64,000 bases of DNA. It comes from an uncultured Collinsella sp. (GTDB lineage Bacteria; Actinomycetota; Coriobacteriia; Coriobacteriales; Coriobacteriaceae). Positions 32,900 through 42,632 of this stretch are shown piece after piece. Within the stretch, counting starts at the first letter, position 1, and each line of letters starts with the position of its first letter. A model generated the notes under the pieces. That model saw nothing but the letters and a program-made list of their open reading frames with translations, was not told the DNA's origin and did no database searches. The DNA is taken from NCBI GenBank assembly GCA_902478365.1, contig CABSKX010000001.1, positions 21,342 to 85,341 on the forward strand, in the 5' to 3' direction. A program made the position numbers and the translations under genes.

Positions 32900-35458
32900 C
32901 TATTTGCCCTTGGGCTTGCTGGCGTAGAACTTCTTCTTTTTGGGCTTGCCTGAGCAGGCAGGCTTGTCGTCGCAGTGCGGTCCTCGGTCACCGGTCTGCG
33001 CGTGCGTGGGCGCTGCTGCACGAGGCTTGTGGGCTTCGGGGTTGCGCAGTTCCTCGGTTCGCTCGGCAATCTCCTCGGCGCTAAAGCCGACCTCGGCCAT
33101 GGCGTCCTCGATGGGTAGGCGGCGCACGATATAGCAATGATGCACCTTCTGGTTGCGCGCGAAATCCTCGGGGATGGTCTGCGCCGTAATGTCCTCCAGC
33201 ACGACGCCCGCGCGTGCGAGCTTGCGCGTCTCGGGACGGAAACCGCGCAGGTTGCAGCTAAAGATGGCATGTCCGCCCTGTGCGAGCAGGCGCGATACAC
33301 CGGCCAAAAGCTCAACGTGGTCGCGCTGAACATCCCAGGTGCGGCGGCCCATCTTGGACGAGTTCGAAAACGTGGGCGGATCGACAAAGATCAGGTCCCA
33401 GCGGTTGCGCGTCTGGCGCTGATCGCGAATCCAGGCAAGCACGTCGTCGCGCACAAAATGATGCTGCGGACCAACAAAGCCGTTCTGGCGCATATTGCGC
33501 TCGGCCCAGTCCAGGTAGGTGTTGGAAAGGTCGACCGTCACAGTTTCCTCGACGCCGCCGTCTGCCGCATAGCAGGTGGCGGTGCCGGTGTAGGCGAACA
33601 GGTTGAGGAAGCGCCGCGCCTGCTTGGCGTGCTCGCGCACCAGGTTGCGGGTGACGCGGTGGTCCAGGAAGATGCCCACATCCAGGTAGTCGTCAAAGTT
33701 GACGGCAAAGGTGAGCCCGCCCTCTTCGATGAGTGGCAGGCGACGGCGTGCGATGTTGGCGCGCTCGCCCGATCCGCCCTTGCCGGCTCCCTGCTTGCCG
33801 TACTGCGAGCCGCCGCGCGAACGCATGCGGGCCTTGGCGTGCACATGCTCGGCGGGAACATCTAGGATGCGCGGCGCGATGGCCAAGATGTCGAGCATAC
33901 GGGCCTGGGCCAGCGCGGGGTCGATGGTCTTGGGCGCGGCGTATTCGGCGATGACGAGCCAGCGGCCCGGCGTCTGCGGGCAGCCCTCGTACAGGTCGAT
34001 GGCGGCGGAGTAGTCGGGTAGATCGGCATCGTAGACGCGGTAGCAGCTCACGCCCTCGCGCTTTGCCCACTTGCGACGCAGGCGTGCGTTCTTGCGCAGG
34101 CGGTTGGCGAACTGCTCGGACTCCGGGATGAGCACGGGTAACGGCTTGCCGTCGCCCAGGTCGAGCGTGGCGGCAGACTCGGGCATGGGGGCGTTGGCGG
34201 CTTCGTCTTCGGCGTCCGCCGACTGTTCCTCGGTGTTTGCGCTGGTCGCAGCTTCAAATGCCGCGGCGGCGTGGTCGAGTGAGGGCCAAACCTCAAGAGC
34301 CGCTTCCTCGTTATTGGGCATGACGGCGATGGAGCGCGCGGGCTCGGAGTGGAGCGCGCGGGCCAGCAATCCGTCGCGGGTGAGCACGGCGACCGGCGCC
34401 GCGGTAAGCTCGGGCGCGTGGCGCAGCTCGCCGATCAGCGTCATGGCGTCGTGCATGAGCGAAAGCGGGGTCTCGGTGGTGTCCGCGACCACGGCGGCGC
34501 CGGCGACGGCATCCACATGGTCCAGCACGGTGGCGGGCTTGGCGGCGCAAAAGTCGACAAAACGCTTGAAGCCGGCACACTTGACCATGCGCTCGGCAGT
34601 CTTGCGGGCGGCGGGGTCGATGTCTACGGCCACGATGCGCGCCTGGCGCTCGCGCGCTGCCGCCTCGCGCTCGCGCGCCTCGGCAAGCAGCTGCTCCCAC
34701 AGGACAGCGTCGTGCAGCTGCCAGCCCTCAAAGCCCCAGCGCTCGCGTGCGGCGCCCGGGGCGCGGTCGGTCAGAATGTTCACGGCCTCCAGCAGCAGAC
34801 CGCCGCCGGCGCACGAGGCATCGATCAGCGTGGGAAGGGCTTCGTTTTCGTAATCGTCGGCCGTCAGCTCGCGCTCGCATAGTGCGGTCCAGCCGACCTG
34901 CGCCAGCACCAGGGCGGCGTAGTCGGGGCGCAACACGTGTGCGCCCTCGCCGGCACGAGTCGCAGCGGGCGGCAGACGCTTGAACAGCGGGTCGCCCGAA
35001 AGGTCCAGGCTGATGCTCGCGCGGCGCTGACGCAGCGAAAGCAACAGGTGAACATCGGGGTCGGCGGCATCGACGTCGGCGCGACGGCCCGTGGTCTCGG
35101 CCAGACGGTCGCACAGCGCGTCTTTGGCGCGCAGGGCCGAGAAGCGCGTGTTGCGCAGCTGCTCGGTCACGCCGCGGGCGGTGATGGCGATGGTGGCGCC
35201 GGGGCGGATGATGGTCTCCCAGGCGATGTCGTAAACGCTATCGTACAGTTCATCGGCATCCTGCGCCTCAAAGCGCCCGAGTACCACGAACACACGGCTC
35301 GCCAGGCGCGACCACAGACAGGCGCGGTAGCCTTCTTCGAGCTCGCCCTCAAATGTAGCGCGGCCCTTCAGCCGGCGAACATGCGAAAGCCCGAGGCGTT
35401 TAAGCTCATCGGCGAGTGCGGACTCAAAGCCCTCGGGGCAGCTTGCGTAAAATTCCAT
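32900..35458 (-). CDS. rlmKL: bifunctional 23S rRNA methyltransferase RlmKL-like (THUMP + two class I SAM MTase domains) with Lys-rich C-terminal tail
   Basis: N-terminal THUMP-type region is MEFYASCPEGFESALADELKRLG. The C-terminal MTase has FLNLFAYTGTATCYAADGG and DLIFVDPPTFSNSSKM. Confidence 0.8.
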   Translation of the reverse strand: MEFYASCPEGFESALADELKRLGLSHVRRLKGRATFEGELEEGYRACLWSRLASRVFVVLGRFEAQDADELYDSVYDIAWETIIRPGATIAITARGVTEQLRNTRFSALRAKDALCDRLAETTGRRADVDAADPDVHLLLSLRQRRASISLDLSGDPLFKRLPPAATRAGEGAHVLRPDYAALVLAQVGWTALCERELTADDYENEALPTLIDASCAGGGLLLEAVNILTDRAPGAARERWGFEGWQLHDAVLWEQLLAEAREREAAARERQARIVAVDIDPAARKTAERMVKCAGFKRFVDFCAAKPATVLDHVDAVAGAAVVADTTETPLSLMHDAMTLIGELRHAPELTAAPVAVLTRDGLLARALHSEPARSIAVMPNNEEAALEVWPSLDHAAAAFEAATSANTEEQSADAEDEAANAPMPESAATLDLGDGKPLPVLIPESEQFANRLRKNARLRRKWAKREGVSCYRVYDADLPDYSAAIDLYEGCPQTPGRWLVIAEYAAPKTIDPALAQARMLDILAIAPRILDVPAEHVHAKARMRSRGGSQYGKQGAGKGGSGERANIARRRLPLIEEGGLTFAVNFDDYLDVGIFLDHRVTRNLVREHAKQARRFLNLFAYTGTATCYAADGGVEETVTVDLSNTYLDWAERNMRQNGFVGPQHHFVRDDVLAWIRDQRQTRNRWDLIFVDPPTFSNSSKMGRRTWDVQRDHVELLAGVSRLLAQGGHAIFSCNLRGFRPETRKLARAGVVLEDITAQTIPEDFARNQKVHHCYIVRRLPIEDAMAEVGFSAEEIAERTEELRNPEAHKPRAAAPTHAQTGDRGPHCDDKPACSGKPKKKKFYASKPKGK

Positions 35459-35533
35459 GGGTGACCTCTCTGGTTGCGTCGCTCCATTATATGATGGATA
35501 CTTCGTTTACTCTCGCCCCCGAAAGGAACCCAT

Positions 35534-36361
35534 ATGATTGATGCGTGCCCCGATTCCGCCGTGCTCTTTTTTGACGTGGACGGCACGCTGACGTCGTTCG
35601 ATCCCGACAACATGACCGACAAGGACTTTTCGGCGGTTCACCCCTCGCAGGCGGTCGTCGAGGCGTTTCATCGTCTGCGCGACGCGGGACACCATGCATT
35701 TATCTGCACGGGTCGTCCCTTGTGGCTGATTGCCGATGGCCTGCGCGCGCTGAACCCGGCGGGTGTCGTTGCCATGGCGGGAGCGACGCTCGAGGTCGAG
35801 GGCCGCGTGGTGCATGAGGACTGCTTTGACGAGGACGTTATTGAGGAGCTTGCGCGCCGTATGGCCGCGGCAGGGATTGAGGCCTTTTTCGAGACCAACG
35901 TGGCTACTTTTGCCCTGGAACCCGCGGGTGTTGAGCAGTCGTCTCTGATCGGCACTTCTGTGGTGCACAGCACCGAGGAAATGCGCGTCGACGGCAGTCT
36001 GCGCGTGGGCAAGGTATGCCTCAGTGTGCCCAGTTTGGCTCGCGTGGCCAACGATGACGGCTTTATCGATCGCGAGTTTGAGCTGTGCAACACCGGTGGC
36101 CAGAATCGCGAGCTGAGCCCCAAGGGCATTGACAAGGGCGTGGGCGTGGCGCGAGCGCTGGAATACCTGGGTCGCACCGGCAACGCGCGCACCTTTGGCT
36201 TTGGCGATTCCGGCAACGATCTGGGTATGCTCGCCGCTGTCGAGACGGCCGTGGCCATGGGCAACGCTATGCCCGAGGTCAAGGCGCTCGCCGACTACGT
36301 GACTGATGATGTCGCACACGACGGCACCGTCACAGCGATGCAGCATTTCGGCCTCATCTAA
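35534..36361 (+). CDS. Cof-type HAD-IIB family hydrolase
   Basis: Motif I is FFDVDGTLT. The C-terminal motif is GFGDSGNDLGML. RBS is GAAAGGAA. Confidence 0.8.
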   Translation: MIDACPDSAVLFFDVDGTLTSFDPDNMTDKDFSAVHPSQAVVEAFHRLRDAGHHAFICTGRPLWLIADGLRALNPAGVVAMAGATLEVEGRVVHEDCFDEDVIEELARRMAAAGIEAFFETNVATFALEPAGVEQSSLIGTSVVHSTEEMRVDGSLRVGKVCLSVPSLARVANDDGFIDREFELCNTGGQNRELSPKGIDKGVGVARALEYLGRTGNARTFGFGDSGNDLGMLAAVETAVAMGNAMPEVKALADYVTDDVAHDGTVTAMQHFGLI

Positions 36362-36554
36362 TGAATCCCACGTTCTGACGTTTGCTCAAACTGCGACTCT
36401 TTGCTTTTGCATGCTCAATCGATTTATCAATCCAAACACTGAGGTGTTTATACCGTTCGCCGAGAAGATAAAAAACCGCAGCTCACGCCTTGATAAACGT
36501 AGGTAAAGTGTTTAGCAGTTTATCGGCCGTATGCTAACGAAAGGAATCAGGCAG

Positions 36555-37259
36555 ATGGCAATCAAGGTGTTCGCTGACGGTGCAAACCTCGAGGGCATGC
36601 TCGACATGTACGAGAACGGCAACGTTCAGGGTTTCACGACCAACCCGTCCCTTATGAAGAAGGGCGGCGTGACGGATTACCGCGCGTTTGCCAAGGAGGT
36701 CCTGGCCCACATCACCGATGTGTCCGTCTCGTTTGAGGTCTTTGCCGACGACGTCGAGACTATGGAGGTCGAGGCGCGCGAGATCGCTACCTGGGCCGAG
36801 AACGTCTACGTCAAGATTCCGTGCGTGACCACCAAGGGCGAGTCCACCGCCGAGCTGGTGCGCAAGCTTTCGGCCGACGGCATCAAGGTCAACGTCACCA
36901 CCATCTTTACGCCTACGCAGGTCGATGAGATGGTCGAGGCCGTCGACGCCGAGACGCCGTCCATCATCTCGCTCTTTGCCGGCCGCATCGCCGATACCGG
37001 CGTCGACCCCATTCCGTTTATGACGGAGTCGGTCAAGAAGGCCGCCGCAAAGCCCAACTGCGAGGTCCTGTGGGCGTCCACGCGCGAGCTCATCAACATT
37101 TACCAGGCCGAGGCCTGCGGTTGCCAGATCATTACGGTACCCAACAGCATCCTGGCCAAGCGGAAGAACATCGGTCGCGACCCGTACGAGGTCTCGCTCG
37201 ACACCGTGCGCGGCTTTGCCAAGGATATCGCCGCTTTGGGTTTCCATATTCTGCCGTAA
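36555..37259 (+). CDS. transaldolase family protein (short, fructose-6-phosphate aldolase-like form)
   Basis: Sequence VFADGANLEGM...GFTTNPSLMKKGG...YVKIP. The ATG at 36555 follows AAAGGAA. Confidence 0.85.
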   Translation: MAIKVFADGANLEGMLDMYENGNVQGFTTNPSLMKKGGVTDYRAFAKEVLAHITDVSVSFEVFADDVETMEVEAREIATWAENVYVKIPCVTTKGESTAELVRKLSADGIKVNVTTIFTPTQVDEMVEAVDAETPSIISLFAGRIADTGVDPIPFMTESVKKAAAKPNCEVLWASTRELINIYQAEACGCQIITVPNSILAKRKNIGRDPYEVSLDTVRGFAKDIAALGFHILP

Positions 37260-37289
37260 CGCGAACACTGGCTACGCCGTGGGCTGTTC

Positions 37290-37361
37290 GCCCCGGCCTT
37301 TCCTTTCCCTATCGCTCACGCGCTTCGCGAGGGTCGCGCTAGGCAAAGGAAAGGCCGGGGC
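37290..37361. repeat. nested hairpin inserted between the transaldolase stop and a duplicated copy of its 3' end
   Basis: gccccggcctttcctttccc pairs with ggcaaaggaaaggccggggc. The flanks 37232-37257 and 37388-37413 are near-identical. Confidence 0.65.
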
Positions 37362-37490
37362 TGCCGACACGAGCTTGCCAGCAAGTTGGCGCTTGGCTTC
37401 CATATCCTGCCGTGGGCAAAGGTACCCCCGCCTGCGCCGTGCAAAATTGAGAGTATTCAGCAAGGTAAAGGTCTTTATCAGTTAACCGAA

Positions 37491-37552
37491 GCATGGAACG
37501 GCCCCCGTTTTGGCTCTGATGACGCTAAAACGGGGGCTGTTCCATGCTTTTT
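37491..37552 (+). terminator. strong rho-independent terminator
   Basis: Stem gcatggaacggcccccgtttt / aaaacgggggctgttccatgc, then ttttt. Confidence 0.8.
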
Positions 37553-37640
37553 CGTCTCTGAGGGGCATCCGGAACGGTGGAATTTGCAGAATACTCGCGA
37601 TTTTGCACATCGCTACAGGGGGTACCTTTGCTTTGGCGGT

Positions 37641-39788
37641 TTACTTGCCCTGTACCATGGTGAGCGAGATCTTCTTGCGGTCGCGATCGACCTTTTCGAC
37701 CCACACCTTGACCGTGTCACCGATGCGTACCACGTCGCTCGGGTGCTTGACGAAGCGGTTGGCCAGCTTGGAGATGTGCACAAGGCCGTCCTGGTGCACT
37801 CCCACGTCGACGAAGGCGCCAAAGTCGACGACGTTGCGCACCGTGCCCTTGAGTTCCATGCCGGGCTCCAGGTCATCGATGGAAAGCGCCGAGCGGCTAA
37901 AGACCACCTCGGGCGCGTCGTCGCGCGGGTCGCGACCGGGCTTCTTGAGCTCGTTGACGATGTCGATGAGCGTCAGGGTGCCGCAGTCCAGGTCGCTTGC
38001 CAGCGCCGAGATGCTGCCCAGACGGCGCTCGATATCGGGCACGCCGCCACGGCTGAGTTCACTGGCCGCCACACCGGCGCGCTCCAAGACGGATGTGGCC
38101 ACCTCATAGCTTTCGGGGTGGACGCTCGTCGCGTCGAGCGGGTTCTTACCGCCGCTGATGCGCAAAAAGCCCGCGGCGTTGAGGTATGCCTTGGGTCCCA
38201 GCTTGGGGACCTTCTTGAGCTGGCGGCGATCGGTAAAGGCGCCGTTTTCCTCGCGGTAAGCCACGATGTTTTTGGCCACGCTCGGCGTGATGCCCGATAC
38301 GTATCCCAGCAGGCTCGCGCTCGCGGTGTTCACGTCGACGCCCACGCGGTTGACGACGTCCTCCACCACGTGGCCCAGGGTGCGCGAAAGCTCGGCCTGG
38401 TCAAGGTCGTGCTGGTACTGGCCAACGCCGATGGACTGGGGCGGAATCTTGACGAGCTCTGCCAGCGGGTCTTGCAGGCGGCGGCCCAGGCTCATGGCGC
38501 CACGCACGGTGACGTCCAGGTCGGGATATTCCTGGCTGGCGAGCTCGGAGGCGGAGTACACCGATGCGCCGGCCTCGTTGACGATGGTGTAGCGAAGGCT
38601 GGGCGCCTGCTCGGCAATGAACTCCGAAACGACTTCCTCGGTCTCGCGGCTGGCGGTGCCGTTGCCGATGACGATGGTGTTGACGCTGTCCTTCTTGACG
38701 AGGCGGGCGAGCTCGCGCTTGGTGCCGGCGACGTCGTGGCGCGGCTTGGTGGGGTAGACCACGCCGTGGTCGAGCAGCTTGCCGGTCTCGTCCATAACGG
38801 CGACCTTGCAGCCGGTGCGGTAGCCCGGATCGAGCGCGAGCACGCGGGCGCCACGGACGGGGCGTGCCGAGAGCAGGCCCTCGAGATTCTTGGCAAAGAC
38901 GTTGATAGCCTCGGTCTGCGCACGGACGGTGAGTTTGGCGCGGGCCTCGCGCTCCAGCGAGGGGGCCATGAGGCGCTTGTAGCCGTCGGCGATGGCGGCG
39001 TCGAAAATGGGGGCGAAGACGCCCTGGCGTCGGGGCCAACGGCTGCCGAGGCGTGCCGTGGCGGCAGCGCCGTCGACGTTCACGCGCACGCGGAGCTTGC
39101 CCTCGCGCTCACCGCGGTCGATAGCCAGCACGCGGTGGTTGGGTATACGGCGCAGCGGCTCATCATAGCTGTAGTACGGCTCGTAGGGGGTCTTCTCGGC
39201 GGGGTCGGTGGCCTCGACGACGATGTCGGCGGTGTTTTGCGTAAAGGCGCGCAGGTCGGCGACGTTCTCGGGGTCCTCGGCCACCGTCTCGGCCACGATG
39301 TCTGCCGCGCCGGCGAGCGCCTTCTCGGGCGTGTCGAAGCCGGCCTCCTCGTTGACGTAGGCTGCGGCGGCGTCGAGTGCGCTGCCCTTGGCGGATGCCT
39401 GCATGATGATCATGTTGGCAAGCGGCTCCAGGCCGGCCTCGCGGGCCTTCTGCGCGCGGGTCATACGCTTTTTGCGGTAGGGCTTGTAGAGGTCCTCGAC
39501 ACGCTGGAGCTGCGTGGCCTCGCGAATCTGCTGCTCGAGTTCGGGCGTGAGTTTGCCCTGGGCATCGATGAGCAGGATGACGTCCTCTTTGCGCTGCTCA
39601 AGATTGCGCAGGTAAGACAGGCGCTCGTCGAGTGTGCGCAGGGCGACGTCGTCCATGCCGCCCGTGGCTTCCTTGCGGTAGCGCGAGATAAAGGGGATGG
39701 TGTTGCCCTCGTCGATGAGTTTGACGGCCGCCTCGATGTTGGCGGCCTTAAGGTTGAGCTCGCGGGCGAGCTGGGCGATAAGATCCAT
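37641..39788 (-). CDS. tex: Tex-like transcription accessory protein (YqgF/HhH/S1 domains)
   Basis: N-terminus is MDLIAQLARELNLKAANIEAAVKLIDEGNTIPFISRYRKE. The C-terminal S1 domain reads GTVRNVVDFGAFVDVGVHQDGLVHISKL. The ATG at 39788 follows AAGGAG. Confidence 0.9.
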   Translation of the reverse strand: MDLIAQLARELNLKAANIEAAVKLIDEGNTIPFISRYRKEATGGMDDVALRTLDERLSYLRNLEQRKEDVILLIDAQGKLTPELEQQIREATQLQRVEDLYKPYRKKRMTRAQKAREAGLEPLANMIIMQASAKGSALDAAAAYVNEEAGFDTPEKALAGAADIVAETVAEDPENVADLRAFTQNTADIVVEATDPAEKTPYEPYYSYDEPLRRIPNHRVLAIDRGEREGKLRVRVNVDGAAATARLGSRWPRRQGVFAPIFDAAIADGYKRLMAPSLEREARAKLTVRAQTEAINVFAKNLEGLLSARPVRGARVLALDPGYRTGCKVAVMDETGKLLDHGVVYPTKPRHDVAGTKRELARLVKKDSVNTIVIGNGTASRETEEVVSEFIAEQAPSLRYTIVNEAGASVYSASELASQEYPDLDVTVRGAMSLGRRLQDPLAELVKIPPQSIGVGQYQHDLDQAELSRTLGHVVEDVVNRVGVDVNTASASLLGYVSGITPSVAKNIVAYREENGAFTDRRQLKKVPKLGPKAYLNAAGFLRISGGKNPLDATSVHPESYEVATSVLERAGVAASELSRGGVPDIERRLGSISALASDLDCGTLTLIDIVNELKKPGRDPRDDAPEVVFSRSALSIDDLEPGMELKGTVRNVVDFGAFVDVGVHQDGLVHISKLANRFVKHPSDVVRIGDTVKVWVEKVDRDRKKISLTMVQGK

Positions 39789-39867
39789 GGGACTCCTTGC
39801 GTTTAAGGTGCGTTTGCAACACAGGGCTACCAAGGATACCACCCGTCCCAAAAGGCTGTTTTGGGGC

Positions 39868-40032
39868 CGCGCCACGAAAACGGCCTATCTACTACGTTTT
39901 ACCCGTAGGGGCTGACCATACCTGGGTTTTCCGAAAATCGGCAAGCCGTTTACCTGCGGTTTTTATTTCGCGAAATTCGGCATGGTTGAGGGTGGTCGGC
40001 TAAACGTAGTAGATAGGCCCATTTCGTGGCGC
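39868..40032. mobile_element. MITE-like element, copy 2 (inverted relative to copy 1)
   Basis: The TIRs are GCGCCACGAAAACGGCCTATCTACTACGTTT and AAACGTAGTAGATAGGCCCATTTCGTGGCGC. Confidence 0.7.
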
Positions 40033-40199
40033 ACGAACCAAGCTGAGGCGCAAAATGGCCCTTGCCCCAGAAAAATCGTCGGCAAGTTAGCAAAATGCCC
40101 CACGGGCAGGAGGCTGCTCGCGGGGCAAAGAAGAGGGGCTTATTGGTGGCGGACCGAAGGGTTCGGCATGGGGCTTCTGCCGCGGTCGCTCTTAAGGCA

Positions 40200-41240
40200 T
40201 TACAGCTCGACGAGCTGGCCGGTCTCGGCGGCCTCCTTGATGGCGTTGAGAAGCGTGAGCGTCTTGACGTTATCGGCGGGGGTCACGACGGGCTTGACCT
40301 CGCGGCGGACAACCTTCACAAAGTGCTTGAGCTGCATCTTGTGCGGCAGTGCCGGGTCCACGGCCGGAATCTCCATCTGCAGCGGCTTGTGCCAGTTAGA
40401 GGCGCCGTCGTAGGAGAACTGGTGCAGGCGGGGCAGCGAAAGGGCGCCCTTGGTGCCGCCGATAAAGTAGGCGTCGGCGTCGAAGGGGCGGTACTGCGGA
40501 TCCTCGCGAGCGGTCGCCTCCCAGTTCCAGGGGCTGGCGGTGGCGTCAGAGATGGTCATGCTCGCGAGCGCGCCGTCGGCAAAACGGACGTTGACCACGG
40601 CGGAGTCCTCGGTCTCAAAACCGCGGGCGGCGCTGGACTGCATACCCTGGACGGCAACGGGCTCGCCCAGCAGGTAGCGGAGCAAGTCGACGTCGTGCAC
40701 CAGGTTGACCAGGATCGGGCCGGCACCCTTCTTGCGGCGCCACTCGACATCGAAATACTCGTCATTCTTATAGATCATGTAGTGGAAGCTCGACACGGTG
40801 AGCTTGCCCAGCTCGCCGGACTCGATGATTTCCTTGGCCTTGTTGACGAAGGGGTTGTGGCGACGGTGCTGACCCACGAGCACGGGCACGCCGGCGGTCT
40901 CGGCCTCGGCGGCAAAGGCCTGGGCATCCTCGAGATCGTTGGAGATCGGCTTTTCGACCAGCGGCACGATGTTGCGCTTCACAGCCTCGCGGGCAACGCC
41001 CAGGTGCAGGTCGTTGGGGGTGGCGATGATGACGGCCTCGGGCTTGACCTCGTCCATCATCTGGGCGGGATCGGTGTAAAACGGCACGCCGGCGGCCTCG
41101 GCCGTGGCGCGGGCGCCCTCAAAGGCGTCGGCGATGGCGACGAGCTCGGCCTCGGGCTCTTCGGTGACAAAGCGGATGTGGTTGCGGCCCATGGCGCCGG
41201 CGCCGATAACGGCAATGCGGACGGGGTTGAGCTCAGACAT
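40200..41240 (-). CDS. Gfo/Idh/MocA family oxidoreductase
   Basis: Rossmann start is VRIAVIGAGAMGRNHIRF. RBS is AAGGAG. Confidence 0.85.
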   Translation of the reverse strand: MSELNPVRIAVIGAGAMGRNHIRFVTEEPEAELVAIADAFEGARATAEAAGVPFYTDPAQMMDEVKPEAVIIATPNDLHLGVAREAVKRNIVPLVEKPISNDLEDAQAFAAEAETAGVPVLVGQHRRHNPFVNKAKEIIESGELGKLTVSSFHYMIYKNDEYFDVEWRRKKGAGPILVNLVHDVDLLRYLLGEPVAVQGMQSSAARGFETEDSAVVNVRFADGALASMTISDATASPWNWEATAREDPQYRPFDADAYFIGGTKGALSLPRLHQFSYDGASNWHKPLQMEIPAVDPALPHKMQLKHFVKVVRREVKPVVTPADNVKTLTLLNAIKEAAETGQLVEL

Positions 41241-41269
41241 TTCGACTCCTTAATACTGGTGACCGGTGG

Positions 41270-41303
41270 AATGCGACAAAGGGGCTGTCCCTTTGTCGCA
41301 TCG
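41270..41303. repeat. palindrome of the GACAAAGGG family
   Basis: Sequence gaatgcgacaaaggggctgtccctttgtcgcatc, between the MFS and oxidoreductase genes. Confidence 0.9.
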
Positions 41304-41309
41304 GTAAAA

Positions 41310-42566
41310 CTAGGCGGACTTCTTCTTGCTGTCGGAGACCATCATGTAGACGGTGAGTACGACGGCGATGGCGGCGATCACAATGGCGCCGTAGAAGGAC
41401 TGCTGGTAGGCGGCGCTGCCGGCCTCGGCGTGATACAGCACGGCGGTGATGGGCTGGCTGATCCAGGTGGAAGCGGCGTAGCCCAAAAACATGATGCCGT
41501 AGTTGACGCCGATGTTGCTGGTGCCAAAGGCGCCACCGGTGAGCGGCGGGTAGATGACGAGCAGAGCGCCAAAGCTAAAGCCGAGCAGAGCGAGCGCCAC
41601 AAAGAACATGGCCTGCGTAAAGCTCATCGACATGATGACGAGTGCGACGATGGTGACGACAAGGCTGATGAGCAGCGACTTATAGGCGCCGAGCTTGTCG
41701 ATGATCTGGCCAAAGGACAGACGGCCGACCAGGTTGGCGCAGGTGTTGACGGAGACCACCACACCGCCGAGGGCGACGGCCGCGGCGCTCGTGGGGTCGG
41801 CGAAGAGCTGAACGGCGGCGATGGAGGCAACCTTGCCCACGAGCAGGGTGCCCGCGGTGGCGGCAAAGGCGAAGGTGACGATGAGGACCCAGAAGCGCGG
41901 GGTCTTGACCATCTCGCCCGGGGTGAGGTCGCCGAAGGTGCCAGCGTGCGCGCCGCCCTTGGGGGCCTCGAAGCCCTCGGGCAGCCAACCGGCCTCGGGG
42001 GCCTTCAGGAACAGGGCGGAGGCGGCGATCGTCACAAAGAAGATGACGCCGAGCGCCTTAAGGGCGCCAAAGATGCCCAGGCTCGGGATGAGCAGCGAGG
42101 CGAGCACCGGGGACAGCACGGCGGGACCGGCGGTCGAAGCGGCCAGGGTGATGCCGGAGGCGAGACCCTTCTTGTCGATGAACCACTTTTGGCCGGTGGT
42201 GAGCGCGGGATTGTAGCCCAGGCCGTTGCCGATGGCGGCGACGAGCGAGAACCACAGGTAGAACTGCCACGGCTCGGTGACGGTGCCGGACATGAACCAG
42301 CCCAGGCCGTAGCACGCGGCGGCGGCGATCACGACGTTGCGCGGGCCGATCTTATCGGAGATGCGGCCGGCGAAGATGCCCGTCACGGCCATGATGGTCT
42401 GAAAGACTGGGAAGGCCCAGGTAAGAGCGCTGGACCACCCGGGGTAGACGGCGAGCAGGTTCTTGCTCACGACGGAATACAGCGCGATGGAGCTGATGAA
42501 GAACATGGTGACGCACGCGGCGGAAAGCACGACGGCGCGACCCTTGTTGGAGTTGGTGGAAGCCAT
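41310..42566 (-). CDS. MFS transporter (oxalate/formate antiporter-like family)
   Basis: Twelve predicted TM helices and the motif GRISDKIGPR after TM2. Confidence 0.8.
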   Translation of the reverse strand: MASTNSNKGRAVVLSAACVTMFFISSIALYSVVSKNLLAVYPGWSSALTWAFPVFQTIMAVTGIFAGRISDKIGPRNVVIAAAACYGLGWFMSGTVTEPWQFYLWFSLVAAIGNGLGYNPALTTGQKWFIDKKGLASGITLAASTAGPAVLSPVLASLLIPSLGIFGALKALGVIFFVTIAASALFLKAPEAGWLPEGFEAPKGGAHAGTFGDLTPGEMVKTPRFWVLIVTFAFAATAGTLLVGKVASIAAVQLFADPTSAAAVALGGVVVSVNTCANLVGRLSFGQIIDKLGAYKSLLISLVVTIVALVIMSMSFTQAMFFVALALLGFSFGALLVIYPPLTGGAFGTSNIGVNYGIMFLGYAASTWISQPITAVLYHAEAGSAAYQQSFYGAIVIAAIAVVLTVYMMVSDSKKKSA

Positions 42567-42632
42567 TGGACTCTTTCTGATCGATACGGGGGAGGAGCGG
42601 GCGTGTCTGCGGGGCCTCCCCGTCAGGTTGGA

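Noticed and set aside
37386-39806. 806-aa plus-strand ORF
   Set aside because: It is antisense to tex, whose product has unmistakable Tex and S1-domain motifs. The plus-strand translation is Ala/Gly/Asp/Val low-complexity sequence. Only its first few codons echo the duplicated transaldolase 3' end.
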